Of a stretch of 64,000 nucleotides of DNA, positions 58,102 to 64,000 are shown piece after piece. A program made the position numbers and the translations under genes. The notes beneath the pieces were generated by a model that was not told where the DNA came from, made no database searches, and was given only the letters and a program-made list of their open reading frames with translations. Every line of letters starts with the position of its first letter. Position 1 is the stretch's first letter. The stretch spans positions 46,284 through 110,283 of the forward strand of contig CAZYRN010000001.1 in NCBI GenBank assembly GCA_964650185.1. Reading direction: 5' to 3'. The stretch is from an uncultured Pseudomonadales bacterium (GTDB lineage Bacteria; Patescibacteriota; Microgenomatia; UBA1400; PJMF01).

Positions 58102-58130
58102 TTGGTGATTTGCCTGAGGTTATATATAAT
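58102..58130 (+). promoter_or_regulatory. Candidate promoter for metG (TTGGTG-N17-TATAAT)
   Basis: Consensus -10 with 17-nt spacing. Divergent from the promoter above. Confidence 0.4.
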
Positions 58131-58159
58131 AGGTCTTTGTGACGAAGATACCACATAAT

Positions 58160-59578
58160 ATGTCGCCTCATAATTTTTATCTCACCACCACCCTACCCTA
58201 CGTCAACGCTGCGCCCCATATCGGTTTTGCTTTAGAAATTGTGGCGGCTGACGTGATTGCCCGCTACCAGCGTTCTTTAGGTAAAGAGGTCATCTTTAAC
58301 ACTGGCACTGATGAGCATGGTCAGAAAATTTATGAAAAAGCTCTTGAGGCTGATCTAGCTCCTCAAGATTACGTTGATGAGTATGCGGCTCACTTTAGTC
58401 AATTAAAGGATCAGTTAAATCTTAGTTATTCTCACTTTATCCGCACTACTGACGCTCACCATGTCACCGCTGCTCAGCATTTTTGGCAGCTCTGTGATGA
58501 AAAAGGCTATATTTATCTTGATAGTTATCAAGTTAAGTACTGTGTTGGCTGTGAGTTGGCTAAAACTGAATCTGAGCTTGTCGACGGCAAATGTCCGCTC
58601 CACCCTCTTCAGGAGCTAGAACTCAGAGAAGAAGAAAATTACTTTTTCAAATTTTCCGCTTTTCAAGAACAGTTGTTAGCTTTGTATGAGTCTCAGCCTC
58701 ACTTTGTAAAACCTGAAGGAAAATTTAAGGAGATTAAAAGTTTTGTCGCTCAAGGTTTGCAGGATTTTAGTATTTCTCGACTTAAAGAAAAGATGCCGTG
58801 GGGCATCACTGTACCTGGCGATGAAAATCACGTGATGTATGTGTGGTTTGACGCATTAGTTAATTACATCTCGACTTTGGGCTGGCCAGATAACGAGCAG
58901 CAATTTCAGCAGTTTTGGCCGGGAGTGCAATTAGCCGGTAAGGATAATTTACGGCAGCAGTCAGCCATGTGGCAAGCGATGCTTATGGCCGCTGGTCTAC
59001 CAAATTCGCAGCAAATTTTAATTAACGGTTTTATTGGGGTGGATGGTCAAAAGATGAGTAAATCATTAAACAATGTCATCTCTCCTCAAGAAATGGTCGA
59101 TAGGTATGGTCAAGATGCGACTCGTTACTTACTAATTAATTTAGGCGCATTTGGCGATGATATGGATGTAACTTGGGAAAAACTTGATACTACTTATACA
59201 GCAGATTTAGCTAATGGCATTGGTAATCTTTGTTCAAGAGTGGCTAAAATGGCGGAACAAGATGGGTTTTCAGTTGAAGCAAGTGGTCAAACTGGGAGTG
59301 TTGAATATCACCAACTGATGACAAATTATGATTTAACTCCAGCACTTCAATTAACTAAAGAGCTGGTAACTGCTACCGATCAATACCTAAGTGAAACAAC
59401 CCCTTGGCAGAAAGAGCCGGCAGAGCGTGAGCAAATTTTACGACAGGCTATTACCCAGATTTTGCAAATTGCCGAGCAACTGACACCAGTCATGCCTAAC
59501 ACAGCTGCTGAGATTAAAGCTCATTTCAGTGGAACAGTGAGCAGTTTTCAGCCACTTTTTCCTAGACTACCGGCATAA
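58160..59578 (+). CDS. metG: Methionyl-tRNA synthetase (short form, no C-terminal tRNA-binding extension)
   Basis: PHIGFA (HIGH-class motif) near the N-terminus, a CxxC zinc-knuckle region and KMSKS (KMSKSLNN). Start taken at ATG 58160 (the track starts at the GTG at 58139). Confidence 0.9.
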   Translation: MSPHNFYLTTTLPYVNAAPHIGFALEIVAADVIARYQRSLGKEVIFNTGTDEHGQKIYEKALEADLAPQDYVDEYAAHFSQLKDQLNLSYSHFIRTTDAHHVTAAQHFWQLCDEKGYIYLDSYQVKYCVGCELAKTESELVDGKCPLHPLQELELREEENYFFKFSAFQEQLLALYESQPHFVKPEGKFKEIKSFVAQGLQDFSISRLKEKMPWGITVPGDENHVMYVWFDALVNYISTLGWPDNEQQFQQFWPGVQLAGKDNLRQQSAMWQAMLMAAGLPNSQQILINGFIGVDGQKMSKSLNNVISPQEMVDRYGQDATRYLLINLGAFGDDMDVTWEKLDTTYTADLANGIGNLCSRVAKMAEQDGFSVEASGQTGSVEYHQLMTNYDLTPALQLTKELVTATDQYLSETTPWQKEPAEREQILRQAITQILQIAEQLTPVMPNTAAEIKAHFSGTVSSFQPLFPRLPA

Positions 59579-59584
59579 CTAACC

Positions 59585-60382
59585 ATGAAAATTTTTGACT
59601 CTCACTGTCACTATAACTTGAATCCTTTATACACCAACTGGCAGGATCACTGGCAGAAAGCACAAGAACATGGGGTAATCGGCGCCAATGTGGTAGGCAC
59701 AAATATCGAAACAAGCCGACGCGCTGTGGAAATTGCTCAGCAAGATGAAAGATTGTCAGCGGCAATTGGCGTCCACCCCAATGAATATGTCACAGTTTCC
59801 CCTGCAGATCTGCCGACAATCATCACTCAACACACGACTGCTTTAGCGATGATGATTGGCCAAGACAAAACTGATCAAATTGCGGCCATTGGTGAAACCG
59901 GCTTAGATTACTTCCGCCTGACTGCTGAAAATTATCAAACTGCTCGCAGTAATCAACAGGCAGCTTTTCGCGCTCACATCGAGTTAGCCAATGAGTTTGA
60001 GAAAGAGCTGATTGTTCATGTCCGAGATAAAGGCGGTAAAAAAGCCAAAAATAATCAAGCTTATTGGGATACTCTAGAGATAATTGAGAAGTTTTATCAG
60101 CACAAAAAACGATTTATTCTTCACTGCATTTCCGGACCTGCTGAATATCTGCAACGTGCGCTGGAAATGGGAGCTTTTATTGGCGTCGCGGCCAACGTTA
60201 CTTACACCAATGCAGATGAGTTGAGAGAGCTGGTCAAACTAGTGCCTCAGGATCGACTACTGCTTGAGACAGATGCACCTTATTTGCCGCCACAGGAATT
60301 TCGCGGGCAGGTGTGTGAGCCGTGGATGATTGAGAAGATAGCGGCCTTTTTTTCTAATTTACACCAAAACTATTTCAACTAA
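59585..60382 (+). CDS. tatD: TatD-family metal-dependent hydrolase/DNase
   Basis: MKIFDSHCHYNL (HxH), a conserved GETGLD motif and a C-terminal ETDAPYL. 265 aa. Confidence 0.9.
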   Translation: MKIFDSHCHYNLNPLYTNWQDHWQKAQEHGVIGANVVGTNIETSRRAVEIAQQDERLSAAIGVHPNEYVTVSPADLPTIITQHTTALAMMIGQDKTDQIAAIGETGLDYFRLTAENYQTARSNQQAAFRAHIELANEFEKELIVHVRDKGGKKAKNNQAYWDTLEIIEKFYQHKKRFILHCISGPAEYLQRALEMGAFIGVAANVTYTNADELRELVKLVPQDRLLLETDAPYLPPQEFRGQVCEPWMIEKIAAFFSNLHQNYFN

Positions 60383-60804
60383 CGATCGAGATTAAAATTT
60401 ATAGTAAACAAATAGTCATTTTCCTGGTTTTGTACACTAACTAGCTTAAGTTCTGTCACCAACCCTCCTAAAAAATTAGCAACCCAAATTGCAGAACTCT
60501 GATTAAACTCATTTCCGTTAAATGGCAATAATTGTGTTGTTCCAAAATCATTTTTATGATCCAAGTACCACTTAATAATTTCCCGTAACAGTTTGGTAAC
60601 TTCCTCTTTATTAGCTGGACTTTCTAGCTTTGAAGTTGCCGCTGAGACCAAGCTATCTGGATCATTTTCCATCATTTGAATCAAGCTCACCAGTTGTTCT
60701 GGTGACTGGTGTCTTGGATGTGCAAGTACTTCATTTCCTCTTTGGGTAGGATCATAACCCTCAGGCTGTTCTGGTAAATCAATATAACCTTCATTCATAA
60801 TCAA
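60379..60804 (-). CDS. Hypothetical cytoplasmic protein
   Basis: 141 aa. Convergent with tatD, with a 4-nt overlap. No motif recognised. Confidence 0.35.
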   Translation of the reverse strand: MIMNEGYIDLPEQPEGYDPTQRGNEVLAHPRHQSPEQLVSLIQMMENDPDSLVSAATSKLESPANKEEVTKLLREIIKWYLDHKNDFGTTQLLPFNGNEFNQSSAIWVANFLGGLVTELKLVSVQNQENDYLFTINFNLDR

Positions 60805-60907
60805 AATTCCTTATAACTATTTATTAAGATATTTAACAAATTCTAGATCTAAATTCACTTTACCGCCTTTCTCAATTCTTTTAAATGTAGGATAATACCT
60901 CACACTC

Positions 60908-62404
60908 ATGATTAAGCAATACTTTCGCCGCCATCCGATCCGTACCCAGCGGGCACTAGAAATCCTGCCTGGCTTCGTCTCTTGGTCACTCATCTTATTT
61001 CCATTCTGGGGCTCTTTACTTTTCCCGGTCGCCGTGGCTTACTACGTCATTGCATTCGCCGTTTATTGGCTGTTTCGCTCTTTATCGATGGCAACCCTGT
61101 CTATCTTGGCTCACTTTAAAATCAAAGCCACTAAAGAATTTGATTGGGTAAATGACTTAAAACAAAGCTTTCCACAGCGTTGGGACCAAATCCACCACAT
61201 TATTATTATCCCAACCTATCGAGAGCCTGAATACATTTTGGCTAGAACCATCGAAGCCCTGGGTCAGCAGACTTATCCACTTAAAAACATTCATCTAATG
61301 CTGTCATTTGAAGATAGAGAAGGTGAACCTGCTCGAGAAAAAGCTGCCAATCTCCAAAAACAGTTTAAAAATACCTTTGGTGATCTCTGGGTGACTTATC
61401 ATCCGGATATTGAAGGAGAGGTAAAGGGCAAATCTTCCAACACTTCTTGGGGGGCAAAAGAAGCTAAACGGCTGCTGGTCGATCAAGCAGGTATTCAGAT
61501 TGAGAATATTACTATTACCAGCGAAGACGCTGATGCGCAATTCCACCCTCAATATTTCGCCAATCTGACTTTTGAGTTTCTTAAAGTTCATAAGCCTTTT
61601 AACAAAATTTGGCAGGGAAATATTGTCTTTTATAACAATATTTGGACTGTGCCGGCTCCAGTTAGAGTATTAGCCTCGATGTTCTCCGTCATTCAGATGT
61701 ATGTCTTGATGCGTCAAGATCGGCTAATTAATTTTTCAACCTACTCAACTTCCTTAAAACACGTCGATGAAATAGGTTACTGGGATACTGATGTCATTCC
61801 GGAAGACTATCGGCTATTTTTCAAATCTTACTTTGCTAAAAAAGGCGACTTCGAGGTCCAGCCTATTTTTCTGCCCATCTATTCTGATGCCGCTGAGTCT
61901 GATGGCACATGGAATACCTTTAAAAATCAGTATGAACAGTTGAAACGCTGGGCTTGGGGAACTAGTGATGACGCCTACATCATCCGCCAGTATGTCTTAA
62001 CTGAGGGTGTACCTTTTTGGGATAAAACCATGCGGGTACTGAAAGTCATTGAGGATCATTTCCTCTGGCCAGTCAACTGGTTCGCCATTACCATTTCGGC
62101 GATGCTGCCGCCGCTGCTTAATGAAGAGTTTAACCGAACCATGATTGGAAAAACTTTGCCTCAGGTCACTTCCTTCTTACTGACACTCTCACTGGTATCG
62201 ATGATTGTCATTTTTGTGATTGATGCGCTTAATCGACCACCGCGACCAAATAAAAATAACATTCTCTCCTACATTTTTCAGCCTTTAGAATTTTTGCTGT
62301 TACCCATTGTCGGCTTTTTCTTCTCGGCTCTACCAGGAATTGATGCTCATACCCGTTTAATGCTGGGTAAGTATATTGAGTACAAGGTGACAGAAAAGGT
62401 CTAG
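60908..62404 (+). CDS. Processive family-2 glycosyltransferase (cellulose/chitin-synthase-like), membrane embedded
   Basis: N-terminal 2 TM. IIIPTYREPEYILARTIEAL (GT2-A core), SEDADAQ (DxD-like) and QLKRWAWG (the QxxRW motif of processive beta-glycosyl synthases). C-terminal 4 TM. Confidence 0.65.
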   Translation: MIKQYFRRHPIRTQRALEILPGFVSWSLILFPFWGSLLFPVAVAYYVIAFAVYWLFRSLSMATLSILAHFKIKATKEFDWVNDLKQSFPQRWDQIHHIIIIPTYREPEYILARTIEALGQQTYPLKNIHLMLSFEDREGEPAREKAANLQKQFKNTFGDLWVTYHPDIEGEVKGKSSNTSWGAKEAKRLLVDQAGIQIENITITSEDADAQFHPQYFANLTFEFLKVHKPFNKIWQGNIVFYNNIWTVPAPVRVLASMFSVIQMYVLMRQDRLINFSTYSTSLKHVDEIGYWDTDVIPEDYRLFFKSYFAKKGDFEVQPIFLPIYSDAAESDGTWNTFKNQYEQLKRWAWGTSDDAYIIRQYVLTEGVPFWDKTMRVLKVIEDHFLWPVNWFAITISAMLPPLLNEEFNRTMIGKTLPQVTSFLLTLSLVSMIVIFVIDALNRPPRPNKNNILSYIFQPLEFLLLPIVGFFFSALPGIDAHTRLMLGKYIEYKVTEKV

Positions 62405-62440
62405 TTATCTTTTCGTATTTACTGCATAATAGACACAATT

Positions 62441-64000
62441 ATGCACAAACTCGCCCAACGCCTCGATAAATGGCTTCACTCACACCTGTTCTTACTCTTA
62501 GCCCTACTCGTCTTACTGTTGCTCCGTATTCCTAATTTTTTTGAACCTTATTGGTATGGTGATGAAGGCATCTATTTGACAGTTGGCAATGGGATTAAAG
62601 CTGGCGAAAGACTTTATGCCGATATTATTGATCATAAAACTCCTCTAATTTACTACTTAGCAGCTGTGCCAACTCAATTGAGCTTTAGATTTTTAAATCT
62701 CAGCTGGATGATTGCCACCACCATTGCTTTTTATGGCTTGGGATTAAAGTTGTTTAAAGAAAAACGCCATCTTCATCTGTCACTCATATCTTTTGTCTTG
62801 TTAACTACACTCCCCTGGCTGGAAGGCAATATTCCGAATGGCGAGCTGTTTGTGATGGGCTTTGTCTTAATGGCGGGCTGGATTTTAAGTAAAACCGCAT
62901 TGTTTGATTTTTTCTTGAATAAAAAAAAGGATTTGAAAAAGATTTCTGAGCCAGGCAAGTTAGTCGCAGCAGGTATTTTATTGGGTTTGGCCATCTTAAC
63001 TAAAATTCCCGCGGTGCTTGATTTAGCTGCCTTTCTTACCATTGGCTGGTTTGCACTGACTAATCACATTTCAGATCAGAAAAAACACCTGCTGATCTCC
63101 ATTCCCAAACAACTCTTAATTTTAGGATTGGGTGTCTTGCTGCCGATTGTAATCTCAATCATCTACTTCATTGCCATTGGAGCCGGACAAGATTACTTGG
63201 ATTTTGGCCTGTTGTACAACTTCCGCTATGCATCTACTTGGGGCTTACCCTTCCAAAGTGTCATCCTTGAACAACTGTTTACACTTCAGGGAAAGATGCT
63301 GATTGCTGGAGTCATGGTACTAATTTTAACAATTCGCAAAAAATGGTTTACCCCAGTGACTCAATTTGTCGTCAGCTGGTTTTTACTGGCATTAATTGGC
63401 TCACTGCTCTCTAATCGTCCCTATCCCCATTACTTCCAGCAGCTTGTGCCGCCGCTGACTTTAATGCTTGGTTTAATTTGGCAGTATCTAGAAGATTTTT
63501 CCAAATATATGCAAGCTTTTATCATGAGCACAGCGGCTTTGGCGCTCTTTATAGCTGCCATGCTGCTCCTAGAGTTCCGGCCCTATCCCACTTTAGAGTA
63601 CTATCAAAAGTTTACCCAGCTCATCACTAATCAGATTTCAGCTGATGCTTATCGTGACTCATTTAATTACCTCATGCCTGATAACTATGAGGCAGCTAAA
63701 ATTATTAAAAAGTCTGGCGTCAAAGAAATCTTTATTTGGGGTACTAATCCGATGCTTTACGCCCTGAGCGACACTAACCCCACTGGCCGCTTTACTGTTT
63801 CATTTCACATTAAGGACTTTAATGCTTATGATGAAACCTATCAGGATTTAGTGGCTCGGGAACCGCAATTTATCGTCGTGATGAAGAATGAAACAGAGGA
63901 GCTGCCAGGTCTTAATCACTATTTAACTGAAAACTATGTGGTTAATGCTAATTTTGACTACTTTGATCTGTGGATGAGATTAGATACTAAACAACATGTC
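62441..64000 (+). CDS. GT-C membrane glycosyltransferase (ArnT/PMT-like), 3'-truncated by window end
   Basis: The frame stays open from ATG 62441 to position 64000 (520 codons). N-terminal TM then YWYGDEGIYLTVGNG (DE-loop), many TM helices and a C-terminal soluble domain. The ORF track omits it because it has no stop within the window. Confidence 0.6.
   Translation, partial: MHKLAQRLDKWLHSHLFLLLALLVLLLLRIPNFFEPYWYGDEGIYLTVGNGIKAGERLYADIIDHKTPLIYYLAAVPTQLSFRFLNLSWMIATTIAFYGLGLKLFKEKRHLHLSLISFVLLTTLPWLEGNIPNGELFVMGFVLMAGWILSKTALFDFFLNKKKDLKKISEPGKLVAAGILLGLAILTKIPAVLDLAAFLTIGWFALTNHISDQKKHLLISIPKQLLILGLGVLLPIVISIIYFIAIGAGQDYLDFGLLYNFRYASTWGLPFQSVILEQLFTLQGKMLIAGVMVLILTIRKKWFTPVTQFVVSWFLLALIGSLLSNRPYPHYFQQLVPPLTLMLGLIWQYLEDFSKYMQAFIMSTAALALFIAAMLLLEFRPYPTLEYYQKFTQLITNQISADAYRDSFNYLMPDNYEAAKIIKKSGVKEIFIWGTNPMLYALSDTNPTGRFTVSFHIKDFNAYDETYQDLVAREPQFIVVMKNETEELPGLNHYLTENYVVNANFDYFDLWMRLDTKQHV

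Overview
This 64-kb window reads as a compact, gene-dense bacterial chromosome segment. It uses the standard genetic code: TGA is a verified stop for the gene 5374..6420. GC is mid-40s with several AT-rich patches. About 60 coding genes and one tRNA are supported; no rRNA, CRISPR array, transposase or integrase was found. The many overlapping gene ends, several paralogous integral-membrane (GT-C) glycosyltransferases and the reduced housekeeping set suggest a small-genome bacterium with a Gram-positive-type envelope. The CPR/Saccharibacteria-like placement is inference only.

Layout from start to end:
- 1-13.8 kb: an envelope-glycan locus with a sugar dehydrogenase, a flippase, an epimerase, a GT4, a GT2, and four tandem ArnT/PMT-like GT-C paralogs plus two further GT-C-like membrane proteins.
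- 13.8-24.2 kb: housekeeping genes (fbaB, rdgB, ybaB, dnaX, ybeY, gltX, a DD-carboxypeptidase, aspS).
- 24.2-24.4 kb: a T-box-like leader preceding aspS.
- 24.5-25.5 kb: an AT-rich orphan gene with a degenerate nucleotidyltransferase motif.
- 25.6-35 kb: recJ, a CCA-adding enzyme gene interrupted by one in-frame TGA, secDF, a DUF3048 protein, rseP and frr.
- 35-42 kb: a minus-strand run of secreted and membrane proteins, including a SipW-type signal peptidase next to a TasA/camelysin-like protein that carries a SipW-cognate signal peptide, a CAP-domain protein and an RmlA-like nucleotidyltransferase.
- 43-49.5 kb: tRNA-Glu(CUC) without encoded CCA, followed by an AT-rich accessory patch holding a decayed copy of the tRNA 3' half, a rho-independent-type terminator and a second gene interrupted by an in-frame stop.
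- 49.5-64 kb: rmuC, a TrpR-like regulator, a 1592-aa fibronectin-III/Ig-like surface protein, metG, tatD, and a processive GT2 synthase with another GT-C (truncated by the window end).
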